Part shown: positions 45,374 through 55,128 of the stretch, piece after piece
How the letters are laid out: the number at the start of each line of letters is the position of its first letter
Numbering within the stretch: position 1 is the stretch's first letter
Assembly: GCA_035651815.1 (NCBI GenBank)
Contig: DASRFB010000042.1
Coordinates: 243 to 64,242 of the forward strand
Direction of reading: 5' to 3'
DNA length: 64,000 nt
DNA from: Burkholderiales bacterium
Lineage (GTDB): Bacteria > Pseudomonadota > Gammaproteobacteria > Burkholderiales > SG8-39
Translations under genes and position numbers: made by a program
The notes under the pieces: generated by a model
Database searches by the model: none
Seen by the model: the letters and a program-made list of their open reading frames with translations, nothing else
What the model was told of the DNA's origin: nothing

Positions 45374-46113
45374 CCGCGCTTGCCGTATCCGGCCTGGCGA
45401 AGCGCTTCGGCGCCGTGCGCGCGGTCGACGGCGTCGACTTCGAGGTCGCGGCCGGCGAGCTGGTCGCGATGATCGGTCCGAACGGCGCGGGGAAGAGCAC
45501 CTGCTTCAACATGCTGAACGGCCAGCTCGCGCCCGACGCGGGAACGATCCGCTTTGCGGGGACCGAGATCCAGGGCCGGCGCCCGCGCGAGATCTGGCGC
45601 CTGGGGGTCGGGCGCACCTTCCAGGTGGCGGCGACCTTCGCGTCGATGAGCGTGCGCGAGAACGTCCAGGTCGCGCTGCTCTCGCGCCACCGGCGCCTCG
45701 CCGACTTCTGGCGGCGCGCGGCCGCGCAGCACGTCGACGCGGCCGACGCGTTGCTGGATCGGGTCGGGATGCTCGCGCAGGCAGGGCGCCCCTGCGGCGT
45801 GCTCGCCTACGGCGACCTCAAGCGCACCGAGCTCGCGATCGCGCTCGCCAACGAGCCGCGCCTGCTGCTCATGGACGAGCCCACCGCGGGCATGGCGCCC
45901 CGGGAGCGCAGCGCGCTCATGGGCCTCGCGGTTTCGATCGTTCGCGAGCGCGGCATCGCGGTGCTGTTCACCGAGCACGACATGGACGTCGTCTTCCGGC
46001 ACGCCGACCGCATCCTCGTGCTCGACCGCGGGCGCATCGTCGCGCGCGGCGCGCCGGCCGGGGTGCGCGCGGACCCCGAGGTCCGCCGCATCTATCTCGG
46101 GAGCGCGCCGTGA
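45370..46113 (+). CDS. ABC transporter ATP-binding protein (LivG-like)
   Basis: GPNGAGKST (Walker A), LAYGDLKRTELA, LLLMDEPTAGM (Walker B). GTGA overlap with the permease gene. Confidence 0.88.
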   Translation: MTALAVSGLAKRFGAVRAVDGVDFEVAAGELVAMIGPNGAGKSTCFNMLNGQLAPDAGTIRFAGTEIQGRRPREIWRLGVGRTFQVAATFASMSVRENVQVALLSRHRRLADFWRRAAAQHVDAADALLDRVGMLAQAGRPCGVLAYGDLKRTELAIALANEPRLLLMDEPTAGMAPRERSALMGLAVSIVRERGIAVLFTEHDMDVVFRHADRILVLDRGRIVARGAPAGVRADPEVRRIYLGSAP

Positions 46114-46823
46114 GCGCGCCGATGCTCGAGCTGCGCGGGGTGCACTCGTACTACGGACGCGCCCACATCCTCGCCGACGTGAGCCTCGCGGTCCAGGCCC
46201 GCGAGGTGCTCGTCCTGATCGGCCGCAATGGAGCGGGGAAGTCGACGACGCTGAAGACGGTCATGGGACTGGTGCGCGCGGCGCGCGGCGAGATCCTGTT
46301 CGAGGGCCGACGCATCGAGCGCTGCGATCCCTTCGAGATCGCGCGGCTGGGCGTCGGCTACGTGGCCGAGGACCGGCGCATCTTCGCCGGCCTCTCGGTG
46401 AGCGAGAACCTCGAGGTCGGCCGGCAGCCGCCCCGCGGCGGAGCGCCGCCCTGGACGCCCGACGCGCTGTTCGCGCTGTTCCCGAATCTCGGTTCGGCGC
46501 GCGAGCAGCGCGGCGACCGGATCTCGGGCGGCGAGCAGCAGATGCTCGCCATCGCGCGCGCGCTCATGGGCAACCCGCGCTGCCTGCTGCTCGACGAGCC
46601 TTCCGAGGGCCTCGCGCCCCTGATCGTCGACGGCCTCGCGGCGGCGATCCTCGAGCTGAAGGCACGGGGCGTGGCCGTGCTGCTGTCGGAGCAGAACCTG
46701 CGCTTCGCCGAGCGCGTCGGCGACCGCGCTTGCGTGATCGAGCAGGGGCGCGTGCGCTTCTCGGGAACCATGGGCGAGCTCGCGCGCGACGAGACGGCGA
46801 AAGCCGCGTACCTCGGCGTGTAA
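46110..46823 (+). CDS. ABC transporter ATP-binding protein (LivF-like)
   Basis: GRNGAGKST, ISGGEQQMLAIARAL, LLLDEPSEGLAP. 4-nt overlap with livG-like gene. Confidence 0.9.
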   Translation: MSAPMLELRGVHSYYGRAHILADVSLAVQAREVLVLIGRNGAGKSTTLKTVMGLVRAARGEILFEGRRIERCDPFEIARLGVGYVAEDRRIFAGLSVSENLEVGRQPPRGGAPPWTPDALFALFPNLGSAREQRGDRISGGEQQMLAIARALMGNPRCLLLDEPSEGLAPLIVDGLAAAILELKARGVAVLLSEQNLRFAERVGDRACVIEQGRVRFSGTMGELARDETAKAAYLGV

Positions 46824-46845
46824 CGAAACGTAATCGCCGGGGACC

Positions 46846-46873
46846 TTTACGGCGGCGCCGAAGCTGCGATAAT
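46846..46873 (+). promoter_or_regulatory. Candidate sigma70 promoter (TTTACG-16-GATAAT) for the GldA-like ABC operon
   Basis: -35 at 46846-46851 and -10 at 46868-46873. It lies in the 128-bp gap after the livF-like gene. Confidence 0.4.
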
Positions 46874-46908
46874 CTCGGGCTTGAAATTCCGACAAGAGAA
46901 ACCCAGCA

Positions 46909-46942
46909 CGCCGCCGCGATCGCTTCTTCAGGCGCGGCGGCG
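46909..46942 (+). promoter_or_regulatory. 10-bp GC-rich leader hairpin just upstream of the ABC ATPase start codon
   Basis: cgccgccgcg (46909-46918) pairs with cgcggcggcg (46933-46942) across a 14-nt loop. It ends 9 nt before the ATG at 46952. Confidence 0.3.
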
Positions 46943-46951
46943 GTCCCGGAC

Positions 46952-47929
46952 ATGATCAAGGTCGACAGTCTCAGCAAGTCGTTCGGCGCGAAGCTCGCCG
47001 TCGACGGCGTCTCCTTCGAGGTCGGGCGCGGCGAGGTGCTCGGCTTCCTCGGTCCCAACGGCGCCGGAAAGTCGACCACCATGCGCATGATCACGGGGTT
47101 CATCCCGCCGAGCGGCGGAACCGTGAGCGTCTGCGGCCACGACATGGTGGCGGACCCGATCCCCGGGAAGCGCCACATCGGCTACCTGCCCGAGGCCGCG
47201 CCTTCGTATACGGACATGACGGTCCTGTCGTTCCTGGAGTTCGCCGCCGACATCCGCGGCCTGAGCGGCGACGCGCGCCGCAAGGCGGTGCGCCGCGCCG
47301 TCGACGCGTGCCACCTCGAGCCGGTGCTGGGGCAGACGATCGACACGCTGTCGAAGGGGTTCCGGCACCGCACCTGCTTCGCGCAGGCGATCATCCACGA
47401 TCCCGACGTGCTGATCATGGACGAGCCCACCGACGGTCTCGACCCGAACCAGAAGCACGAGGTGCGCACGCTGATCCGCGAGATGGGGCAGAACAAGGCG
47501 ATCATCTTCTCGACGCACATCCTCGAGGAGGTCGAGGCGGCGTGCACGCGCGCGATCATCATCGACCGCGGCCGCATCGTCGCGAACGGCACGCCCGACG
47601 AGCTGAAGGCGCGCTCGGACCGCGCGGGCGCGGTGCTGGTGAAGCTCGGGGGCGCGAGCCCGCAGCGCGCGAGCGCGGCGCTCGCCGAGAGCCCGCTCGT
47701 CGCGCGCTCCGAGATCCTCGCGACCGACGCCGCCTGGGTGGTCGCGCGCGCGTACCCGCGCAAACCCGGTCCCGAGGGCGCGCTCGCCGCGCGCGTCGCC
47801 GAGCTCGCGCTGCGCGAGGGCTGGAAGATCGAGGAGCTGGTGGTCGAAGAGGGGCGGCTCGACGACGTGTTCCGCTCGCTCACCTGGTCGGAGACCGCGG
47901 CGAAAGCGCGGGAGGCGGCCAACGCATGA
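46952..47929 (+). CDS. ABC-2 type transporter ATP-binding protein (GldA-like)
   Basis: GPNGAGKSTT, LSKGFRHR (signature variant), LIMDEPTDGLDP, plus a C-terminal extension of about 90 aa. Confidence 0.88.
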   Translation: MIKVDSLSKSFGAKLAVDGVSFEVGRGEVLGFLGPNGAGKSTTMRMITGFIPPSGGTVSVCGHDMVADPIPGKRHIGYLPEAAPSYTDMTVLSFLEFAADIRGLSGDARRKAVRRAVDACHLEPVLGQTIDTLSKGFRHRTCFAQAIIHDPDVLIMDEPTDGLDPNQKHEVRTLIREMGQNKAIIFSTHILEEVEAACTRAIIIDRGRIVANGTPDELKARSDRAGAVLVKLGGASPQRASAALAESPLVARSEILATDAAWVVARAYPRKPGPEGALAARVAELALREGWKIEELVVEEGRLDDVFRSLTWSETAAKAREAANA

Positions 47930-48666
47930 GCCGCTCGATCGTCGCCACCATCACCCGGCGCGAGCTCGCGGCGTACTTCCAGTCGCCCGTCGCCTACGTC
48001 TTCCTGGTGATCTTCCTGCTGCTCGCGGGCGTGTTCACGTTCACCTTCGGGGGCTTCTTCGAGCGCGGCGAGGCGTCGCTGTCCGCGCTCTTCAACTGGA
48101 TGCCGTGGCTGTTCCTGTTCCTCGTGCCCGCGGTCGGCATGCGGCTGTGGTCGGAGGAGCGGCGCCTGGGCACGATCGAGCTGCTGCTCACCATGCCGGT
48201 CGCGAGCTGGCAGGCGATCCTCGGCAAGTTCGTGGCGTCGTGGCTCTTCCTCGCGATCGCGCTCGCGCTCACGTTCCCGATGATCATCACCGTGAACTGG
48301 CTCGGCGACCCGGACAACGGCGTCATCGCGAGCGGCTACGTCGGCGCGCTGCTGCTCGCAGGCGCCTACCTCGCGATCAGCAGCATGACCTCGGCGATGA
48401 CGCGCAACCAGGTGATCGCGTTCATCGTCGCCGTGGTGCTGTGCCTGGTGCTGATCCTGGTCGGGTTCTCGCCGGTCACCGACATGCTCTCGCGCTGGGC
48501 GAGCCCCCGCATGGTCGAGTCGGTGGCGCGCTTCTCGGTGCTCACGCACTACGACGGCTTCCAGCGCGGCGTCATCGAGTCGCGCGACCTCCTGTATTTC
48601 CTCTCGGTCATCGCCTTTTCGCTGTTCGCGACCGGCGTCGTGATCCGCGGGCACCGCGCCGGCTGA
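47926..48666 (+). CDS. ABC-2 type transporter permease (GldF-like)
   Basis: RRELAAYFQSPVAYVFLVIFLLLAG..., six hydrophobic segments. ATGA overlap with the ATPase gene. Confidence 0.85.
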   Translation: MSRSIVATITRRELAAYFQSPVAYVFLVIFLLLAGVFTFTFGGFFERGEASLSALFNWMPWLFLFLVPAVGMRLWSEERRLGTIELLLTMPVASWQAILGKFVASWLFLAIALALTFPMIITVNWLGDPDNGVIASGYVGALLLAGAYLAISSMTSAMTRNQVIAFIVAVVLCLVLILVGFSPVTDMLSRWASPRMVESVARFSVLTHYDGFQRGVIESRDLLYFLSVIAFSLFATGVVIRGHRAG

Positions 48667-48669
48667 TCC

Positions 48670-50538
48670 ATGAAGAAGTACGAGACCTTCCTCTATTCCG
48701 CGGGCGGCCTCGTCGCGCTGTTCGTGATCCTGCTGCTCGTGAACTTCGTCGTGGGCGTCGTGCCGGTCCGCATCGACCTCACCCAGGGCAAGCTGTATAC
48801 GCTCTCGGACGGCACGCGCGAGATCCTGCGCAAGCTCGAGGCGCCGGTGAAGCTGCGGCTGTACTTCAGCCAGGGCGACGCGAGCGTCCCGCTCGCGATC
48901 AAGGCCTACGGCCGCCACGTCGAGGACCTGCTCGCGGAGTACCGGCGCGCCTCGGGCGGCAAGGTGCAGGTCGAGAAGCTCGATCCGCAGCCCGACTCCG
49001 ACGCCGAGGACGCCGCGACCCTCGAGGGCGTCGAGGCGCAGGTCGCGCCGACCGGAGACAAGTTCTACCTCGGGCTGTCGGTGAGCTACGTCGACCAGAA
49101 GGTGGCGATCCCGGCGCTCTCGCCCGAGCGCGAGCGGCTGCTCGAGTACGACCTCACGCGCGCGATCGCGCGCGCGACCTCGCCCGGCAAGCCCGTGGTC
49201 GGCGTGATGAGCCCGCTGCCCGTGTTCGGCGCGCCGCCCAGCCCGATGACGGGCGGGCAGCCGATGGAGCAGCAGGTCTTCGTCAACGAGCTCCGGCGCG
49301 ACTACACGGTCAAGCGCGTAAGCGCGTCCGCCGACAAGATCGACGACGACGTGAAGGTGCTCGTCGTGATCCATCCGCGGGGCATCGGCGACGCGGCGCA
49401 ATACGCGATCGACCAGTTCGTCCTGCGCGGCGGCAAGCTCGTCGCTTTCGTCGATCCGAGCGCGTACTTCGACCCGATGGCGCAGATGGCGGGCGGGCCG
49501 ACCTCGTCCAGTCTCGACAAGCTGTTCAAGGCCTGGGGGATCCAGTACGACCCGGGCAAGGTCGTGATGGACATGCGCTACATCACCGGCGCGGGGCCGC
49601 GCGCGCTGCCGACGCTGCTCTCGCTGAACGACAACGCCTTCGACCAGGACGACGTCGCGACGGCGCGCCTCGGCTCCGCGCTGCTGCCGTTCTCGGGCGT
49701 CTTCGCGGGCAAGCCGGCCGACGGCCTGAAGGAGACGGTGCTGATGAAGACGTCGCCGTTCTCGCAGCTCGTCGACGCGTCCGGCGCGATCTCGCAGGGC
49801 GAGGCGGCGATCCGCGGCTTCCAGCCGTCGAACACCGAGTACCCGCTCGCGATCCGCCTCACCGGCAGGTTCAAGACCGCGTTCCCCGACGGCAAGCCCA
49901 AGGCCGACGACAAGGGCGACAGGAAAGCGGCGCCGAAGGCCGCCGACGCCAGGCCCGAAGCGCCGCAGCTCAAGGAGTCGAAAGGCGAGACCGCGGTCGC
50001 GCTCGTCGCCGACAGCGACTTCGTCAACGACGGCGCCGCGGTCCAGGTGCAGGAGCTGTTCGGCCAGCGCATCGTCATCCAGAGGAACGGCAACCTCGCG
50101 TTCGCGCAGGCGCTCGTCGACCAGTTCGCGGGCGACCCGGCGCTGGTCGAGCTGCGCAGCCGCGCGAGCGCGTCGCGCCCGTTCACCGTCATCCGCGACA
50201 TGGAGGCGCGCGCGCAGCAGGCCTACCTCGGCAAGATCAAGGCGCTCGAGGACAGCCTGAACCAGACGCAGGAGAAGCTCGCGCAGCTGCAGCGCACGCG
50301 CGCGCCCGGGGCGAGCACCATACTTTCGCCCGAGCAGCAGACCGAGCTCGAGAACTTCCGCAAGAAGGCGGCCGAGACGCGGCGCGAGCTGAAGGACGTG
50401 CGCAAGGACCTGCGCGCCGACAGCGAGGCGCTCGAGACCTGGACCAAGGTCGTCAACATCGCCGCCATGCCGCTCCTCGTCGCCGTCGCGGGCCTGGGTC
50501 TCGCGCTGTGGCGCCGGCGCCGCAAGGTGACGCTGTGA
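48670..50538 (+). CDS. GldG-like ABC-transporter auxiliary protein
   Basis: N- and C-terminal TM anchors ([21 protein letters not shown]; [20 protein letters not shown]) flank a large soluble domain. Position after GldA/F-like genes. Family assigned by architecture and context. Confidence 0.75.
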   Translation: MKKYETFLYSAGGLVALFVILLLVNFVVGVVPVRIDLTQGKLYTLSDGTREILRKLEAPVKLRLYFSQGDASVPLAIKAYGRHVEDLLAEYRRASGGKVQVEKLDPQPDSDAEDAATLEGVEAQVAPTGDKFYLGLSVSYVDQKVAIPALSPERERLLEYDLTRAIARATSPGKPVVGVMSPLPVFGAPPSPMTGGQPMEQQVFVNELRRDYTVKRVSASADKIDDDVKVLVVIHPRGIGDAAQYAIDQFVLRGGKLVAFVDPSAYFDPMAQMAGGPTSSSLDKLFKAWGIQYDPGKVVMDMRYITGAGPRALPTLLSLNDNAFDQDDVATARLGSALLPFSGVFAGKPADGLKETVLMKTSPFSQLVDASGAISQGEAAIRGFQPSNTEYPLAIRLTGRFKTAFPDGKPKADDKGDRKAAPKAADARPEAPQLKESKGETAVALVADSDFVNDGAAVQVQELFGQRIVIQRNGNLAFAQALVDQFAGDPALVELRSRASASRPFTVIRDMEARAQQAYLGKIKALEDSLNQTQEKLAQLQRTRAPGASTILSPEQQTELENFRKKAAETRRELKDVRKDLRADSEALETWTKVVNIAAMPLLVAVAGLGLALWRRRRKVTL

Positions 50539-51680
50539 GCCGCAAGCAGTTCCTGATCGTGCTGGCGGTGCTGGTCGGCCTCGCGGTCGCGGCGGCGGCG
50601 CTCGTGTTCTCGGACAACGGCGGCTGGGGCGGCGGCGAGGCCCGGGCGGGCCGCAGGATAGCGCCCGACCTGAAGGTGAGCGACGTGGCCGAGATCGGCC
50701 TCGTCGGCGCCTCGGGCGCGGTGCACCTCGTCCGCGGCGACCGCGGCTGGGTCGTGCGCGAGCGCGGCGACTTTCCCGCGGACCTCGAGCGGATCCGCGA
50801 TCTCCTGATCAAGCTGGCGGAAGTCCGCGTCGCGCAGGCCGAGACGCTGCCGCAATCACAGCGCGCGCGCCTGCAGCTGGGGGAGCCCAAGGACAAGGAT
50901 TCCAAGGACGCCGGGACCGCGCTCGAGCTGAAGGACGCGAAGGGCAAGCTCCTCGCGCACCTGCTCCTCGGCAAGAAGGTCTACCGGCAGACCGAGGTCG
51001 CGGGCCCCGCGAGCGCGCAGCCCGAGGCGACGGGGCGCTATCTCCTCGCGGGAACCGACAGCGACACCATGCTGGTCATCGCGGATCCGCTGAACGCGGC
51101 CGAGCCCCGGCCCGAGTCCTGGCTGCGCAAGGAGCTGCTCCGCGCCGAGCGCGTCAAGACGGTAACTTCCATCGGAAGCGACCGGCGCACGCGCTGGACC
51201 CTGACGCGCGACAAGGACAACATGGACTGGCGCTTCGCCGGCTCGCGCGATCAGCCCGACCTGCAGAAGGCGACCGACGCCGCCGGCGCGTTCGGCTGGA
51301 TGGACCTCGTCGACGTGGTCGTCGACCCGCAGAGCAGCGAGACCGGGCTCTCGCACGCCGTCACCGTGCGTGCCGAGACCTTCGACAACCTGACGTATAC
51401 GGTCCGGATCGGCAACAAGACCGGCGACAACTACTACGTCGCGGTCTCGGTTGCGGGCGAGCCGCCGCAGTCGCGCACGGCGGAGAAGGGCGAGACCGCC
51501 GAGGAGAAGCAGAAGAAGGACAAGAGCTTCGCCGACGACCAGGCGCGCCTCGCCGAGCGGCTCGAGCGCGAGCGCAAGCTGGACGGCTGGCGCTACGTCG
51601 TCGGCAAGAACATGATCGAGCCGCTGCTGCGCGAGCGCGCGCAGATGCTGCCCGAGAAGAAGACCGGCAAAAAAACCTAG
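50535..51680 (+). CDS. DUF4340-like protein (N-terminal anchor, Lys/Glu-rich insert)
   Basis: [20 protein letters not shown] anchor. GTGA overlap with the gldG-like stop. Family name is from recollection of the usual GldG neighbour. Confidence 0.65.
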   Translation: MSRKQFLIVLAVLVGLAVAAAALVFSDNGGWGGGEARAGRRIAPDLKVSDVAEIGLVGASGAVHLVRGDRGWVVRERGDFPADLERIRDLLIKLAEVRVAQAETLPQSQRARLQLGEPKDKDSKDAGTALELKDAKGKLLAHLLLGKKVYRQTEVAGPASAQPEATGRYLLAGTDSDTMLVIADPLNAAEPRPESWLRKELLRAERVKTVTSIGSDRRTRWTLTRDKDNMDWRFAGSRDQPDLQKATDAAGAFGWMDLVDVVVDPQSSETGLSHAVTVRAETFDNLTYTVRIGNKTGDNYYVAVSVAGEPPQSRTAEKGETAEEKQKKDKSFADDQARLAERLERERKLDGWRYVVGKNMIEPLLRERAQMLPEKKTGKKT

Positions 51681-51688
51681 AGGTCGTC

Positions 51689-52456
51689 ATGCAGATCAAG
51701 GACGCGACGTTCATCGTCACCGGCGGGGCTTCCGGCTTGGGCGAGGGAACGGTGCGCATGCTGGTCGAAAGCGGAGCGCGCGTCGTCGTCGCGGACCTCC
51801 AGACCGACAAGGGCGAGGCGCTCGCGAAGCAGCTCGGCGCGAAGGCCCGCTTCGTCAAGTGTGACGTCACGAGCGAGGCCGACGGCCAGGCCGCGGTCGA
51901 GCGCGCGCTGCGCGACTTCGGGGGACTGCAGGGCCTCGTCAACTGCGCCGGCATCGCGATCGGCGAGCGCACGGTGAAGAAGGAAGGTCCGCACGCGCTC
52001 GCGTCGTTTTCGCGCGTCATCCAGATCAACCTCGTCGGCACCTTCAACATGATCCGGCTCGCCGCGACCGCGATGACGAAGGGCCAGCCGAACGCCGCCG
52101 GCGAGCGCGGCGTGATCGTCAACACCGCCTCGGTCGCCGCCTTCGACGGCCAGATCGGGCAGGCGGCCTACTCGGCGTCGAAGGGGGGCGTGGTCGGCAT
52201 GACGCTGCCGATCGCGCGCGACCTCTCGCGCGACGGCGTGCGCGTCTGCACGATCGCGCCGGGAATCTTCGAGACGCCGATGCTGCTCGGGATGCCGAAG
52301 GAGGTGCAGGACGCGCTCGGCAAGCAGGTGCCGTTTCCGCCGCGCCTGGGCAGGCCGGCCGAGTACGCCGCGCTGGTGAAGCACATCGTCGAGAACGAGA
52401 TGCTGAACGGCGAGACGATCCGCCTCGACGGCGCCATCCGCATGGCGCCGAAATGA
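51689..52456 (+). CDS. Short-chain dehydrogenase, 3-hydroxyacyl-CoA dehydrogenase type-2-like
   Basis: [36 protein letters not shown], and [15 protein letters not shown] at the C-terminus. Confidence 0.88.
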   Translation: MQIKDATFIVTGGASGLGEGTVRMLVESGARVVVADLQTDKGEALAKQLGAKARFVKCDVTSEADGQAAVERALRDFGGLQGLVNCAGIAIGERTVKKEGPHALASFSRVIQINLVGTFNMIRLAATAMTKGQPNAAGERGVIVNTASVAAFDGQIGQAAYSASKGGVVGMTLPIARDLSRDGVRVCTIAPGIFETPMLLGMPKEVQDALGKQVPFPPRLGRPAEYAALVKHIVENEMLNGETIRLDGAIRMAPK

Positions 52457-52482
52457 CATTGGGCGGGAACGCCCAATGTCAT
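52453..52482. terminator. Perfect 13-bp hairpin (GGAA loop) between convergent genes; no T-tract
   Basis: atgacattgggcg-ggaa-cgcccaatgtcat. The left arm contains the SDR stop codon TGA (52454-52456). Confidence 0.45.
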
Positions 52483-52493
52483 CCTGAGGCGCG

Positions 52494-52802
52494 CTAGCGC
52501 GCCGAAGGATCTGCTTTAGCCGTCGGCAGCTTCAGCTTTTCGACGTCGACCCGGACGCGGCCGAGCATGCCGAAGCTGACGCGCTCGTCCTGCAGCTTCA
52601 TCGTCGACCAGAAGAGGTAGGACTCGTAGGTCGCGAGCTCCGAGGACAGGACGCCCAGGCCGAGCGCGCTCGCGAGCGGCTGGTCCTTGTATACGGCGTC
52701 GCGGATCGCCTGCTTGTGCACCTCGGGTCCAGGGTTGGAGACCGCGAGCAGGATCGCGAGCGCCGCGACGACGACGACGGCGAGCAGCGCCTTGTGGCGC
52801 AC
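52494..52802 (-). CDS. Small membrane-anchored hypothetical protein
   Basis: GTG at 52802, 2 nt after the gamma-CA stop. Translation is VRHKALLAVVVVAALAILLAVSNPGPEVHKQAIRDAVYKDQPLAS... The track ORF 52494-53375 upstream part is a shadow of the gamma-CA gene. Confidence 0.5.
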   Translation of the reverse strand: MRHKALLAVVVVAALAILLAVSNPGPEVHKQAIRDAVYKDQPLASALGLGVLSSELATYESYLFWSTMKLQDERVSFGMLGRVRVDVEKLKLPTAKADPSAR

Positions 52803-52804
52803 GG

Positions 52805-53332
52805 CTAGTCCTGCGGCTTCATCTGCGCGCGGAAGATCCGCGCCCGCTCGACGTAGCCGTCGGCGATCGACGCGAGCAGCGCGCGCTCCTCGGGCTTGAG
52901 CTCGCGCAGCACCTTGGCCGGCGTGCCGAGCGCGAGGACGCCCTCCGGGATGACCTTGCCCTCGGGCACGAGGCTGTTCGCGCCGACGAGCGATCCCTTG
53001 CCGATCACCGCGTGGTTCAGGATCACGCTGTTGATGCCGACGAGCGCGCCGTCGTGCACGGTGCAGCCGTGCAGCATCGCCTTGTGGCCGATCGAGACGC
53101 CCCGGCCCAGGGTCAGCTTGATGCCGGGATCCGTGTGCAGCACCGAGCCGTCCTGGACGTTGCTGCGCTCGCCGAGGGTGATGAGATCGTTGTCGCCCCG
53201 GACCACGACGTTGAACCAGACGCTCGCCTGGTTCTCGATGACGACCGAGCCGACGACGGTCGCGTTCGGCGCCACGAACCACTCGTCGCCGCGCACGACG
53301 ACCTTGCGCTCGCCGAGGGAGAATATCGACAT
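52805..53332 (-). CDS. Gamma-carbonic-anhydrase-like hexapeptide-repeat protein (YrdA/PaaY family)
   Basis: FVAPNATVVGSVVIENQASVWFNVVVRGD ... VLHTD ... IGHKAMLHGCTV ... left-handed beta-helix repeats. Confidence 0.88.
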   Translation of the reverse strand: MSIFSLGERKVVVRGDEWFVAPNATVVGSVVIENQASVWFNVVVRGDNDLITLGERSNVQDGSVLHTDPGIKLTLGRGVSIGHKAMLHGCTVHDGALVGINSVILNHAVIGKGSLVGANSLVPEGKVIPEGVLALGTPAKVLRELKPEERALLASIADGYVERARIFRAQMKPQD

Positions 53333-53345
53333 GATCGCGGCCGAT

Positions 53346-53367
53346 GATAGCAGAAGCGCCTGCTATC
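53346..53367. promoter_or_regulatory. 8-bp inverted repeat (gatagcag-N6-ctgctatc) in a 48-bp divergent spacer; operator-like
   Basis: Perfect palindromic half-sites at 53346-53353 and 53360-53367, between the gamma-CA-like gene (-) and the alpha/beta hydrolase gene (+). Confidence 0.3.
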
Positions 53368-53380
53368 CTAGACACCCGAG

Positions 53381-54253
53381 ATGAAGCCCAGCGAATCCCT
53401 GTTCGTCGACGTCCGCGGCCTGCGCTACCACTGCCGGTGCTGGGGCGGCGCGGGGCGGCCGACGCTCTTTCTGCTCCACGGCTGGATGGACGTGTCGGCG
53501 TCGTTCCAGTTCCTGGTCGACGCGTTCGCGCGCGACTGGCGCGTGATCGCGCCGGACTGGCGCGGATTCGGCCTGAGCGGCCGCGCGAAGGACGGCGTCT
53601 ACTGGTTCCCCGATTATTTCGCCGATCTCGACGCGCTGCTCGCGCATTTCTCCGCCGACGCGTCGGCGACGCTGATCGGGCACAGCATGGGTGGGAACGT
53701 CGCCGCGATGTACGCCGGCATCCGTCCCGAGCGGGTCGCGCGCCTCGTCAACCTCGAGGGCTTCGGCCTCGCGGCGACCGATCCCGAGCAGGCTCCCAAG
53801 CGCTACGCGCGCTGGCTGGCCGAGCTCGCGGGCGATCCGCCGTCGTTCCGCGACTACGACTCCTTCGACGCGCTCGCCGCGCGCCTGCGCGAAGGCAATC
53901 CGCGCCTCACCGGGGAGCGCGCCGCGTTCCTCGCGCGCCACTGGGGCCGGTTGCAGCCGGGCGGCCGGGTCGAGCTCGCGAGCGACCCCGCGCACAAGCT
54001 GGTGAATCCCGTGCTCTACCGCGTCGAGGAAGCCGAGGCTTGCTGGCGCAACGTCGTCGCGCCCGTCCTCTGGGTCGCGGGCGCCGAGACGAAGATCCCC
54101 GAGACGCTCAAGCTCGAGCCGCACGCGCTCGCCGCGCGCAAGGCGTGCTTTCGCAACCTGGCCGAGCGCGTCGTTCCGGACGCGGGACACATGCTCCACC
54201 ACGACCAGCCCGGGAAGCTCGCCGCGGTGATCGAGGAGTTTCTCGCGTGCTAA
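53381..54253 (+). CDS. Alpha/beta-fold hydrolase
   Basis: LFLLHGWMD, nucleophile elbow GHSMGG, C-terminal DAGHMLHHDQP. Confidence 0.85.
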   Translation: MKPSESLFVDVRGLRYHCRCWGGAGRPTLFLLHGWMDVSASFQFLVDAFARDWRVIAPDWRGFGLSGRAKDGVYWFPDYFADLDALLAHFSADASATLIGHSMGGNVAAMYAGIRPERVARLVNLEGFGLAATDPEQAPKRYARWLAELAGDPPSFRDYDSFDALAARLREGNPRLTGERAAFLARHWGRLQPGGRVELASDPAHKLVNPVLYRVEEAEACWRNVVAPVLWVAGAETKIPETLKLEPHALAARKACFRNLAERVVPDAGHMLHHDQPGKLAAVIEEFLAC

Positions 54254-54263
54254 GATTTTTCGG

Positions 54264-55091
54264 GTGAACGCGGACCTGCATTGCCACTCGACGGCGTCCG
54301 ACGGCCTGCTCGCGCCGGCGGCGCTGGTCGAGCGCGCGTGCGCGCGCGGCGTGACGATGTTCGCGCTGACCGATCACGACGCGATCGCGGGACTCGACGA
54401 GGCCCGTGACGCCGCCGCGGCGCGCGGGCTGCGCTTCATCGACGGCGTCGAGATCTCGGTGACCTGGCGCGGCACCACCCTCCACGTCGTCGGGCTGAAC
54501 ATCGACCCGGCGAACGAAGACCTGCGGCGCGGGCTCGTGAGCGTCCGCGGCAGCCGCGTGCGCCGCGCGCGCCGGATCGCCGAATCGCTCGAGTCCGCCG
54601 GCATCGCGGGCAGCTTCGAAGGCGCGATGGCGCGCGCCGAGAACCCGGAGATCGTCAGCCGCACGCACTTCGCGCGCTTCCTCGTCGAGCGCGGCCACGC
54701 GCGCGACGTGCGCGCCGTCTTCCATCATTTCCTGGTGCAGGGCAAGCCGGGCTACGTCCCGCACGAATGGGCGGCGCTGGGCGACGCGGTGGCGTGGATC
54801 CGCGCGGCGGGTGGTGTCGGGGTGATTGCGCACCCCGGACGCTACAAGCTCTCGCGCCCCGACGTGCGCGAGCTGATCGCGGAATTCATGCGCTGCGGCG
54901 GCGCCGGCATCGAGGTCGTCACCGGCAGCCACACGCCCGAGCAGTATGCCGAGTTCGCCGCGCTCGCGCGCGAGCTCGGGCTGCTCGCCTCGCGCGGATC
55001 GGACTTCCACGGCCCCGGCGAGAGCAAGGTCGAGCTCGGGTCGCTGCCGCAGCTGCCCGCCGACCTGCAGCCGGTCTGGCGCGACTGGTGA
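54264..55091 (+). CDS. trpH: PHP-domain phosphoesterase (TrpH/YciV, RNase AM family)
   Basis: ADLHCHSTASDG, ALTDHD, VGVIAHPGRY. Adjacent to yciO as in E. coli. GTG start. Confidence 0.85.
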   Translation: MNADLHCHSTASDGLLAPAALVERACARGVTMFALTDHDAIAGLDEARDAAAARGLRFIDGVEISVTWRGTTLHVVGLNIDPANEDLRRGLVSVRGSRVRRARRIAESLESAGIAGSFEGAMARAENPEIVSRTHFARFLVERGHARDVRAVFHHFLVQGKPGYVPHEWAALGDAVAWIRAAGGVGVIAHPGRYKLSRPDVRELIAEFMRCGGAGIEVVTGSHTPEQYAEFAALARELGLLASRGSDFHGPGESKVELGSLPQLPADLQPVWRDW

Positions 55092-55128
55092 GCGGCCCGG
55101 ATCCCCGCTTTCGCCGGGACGACGCGAC

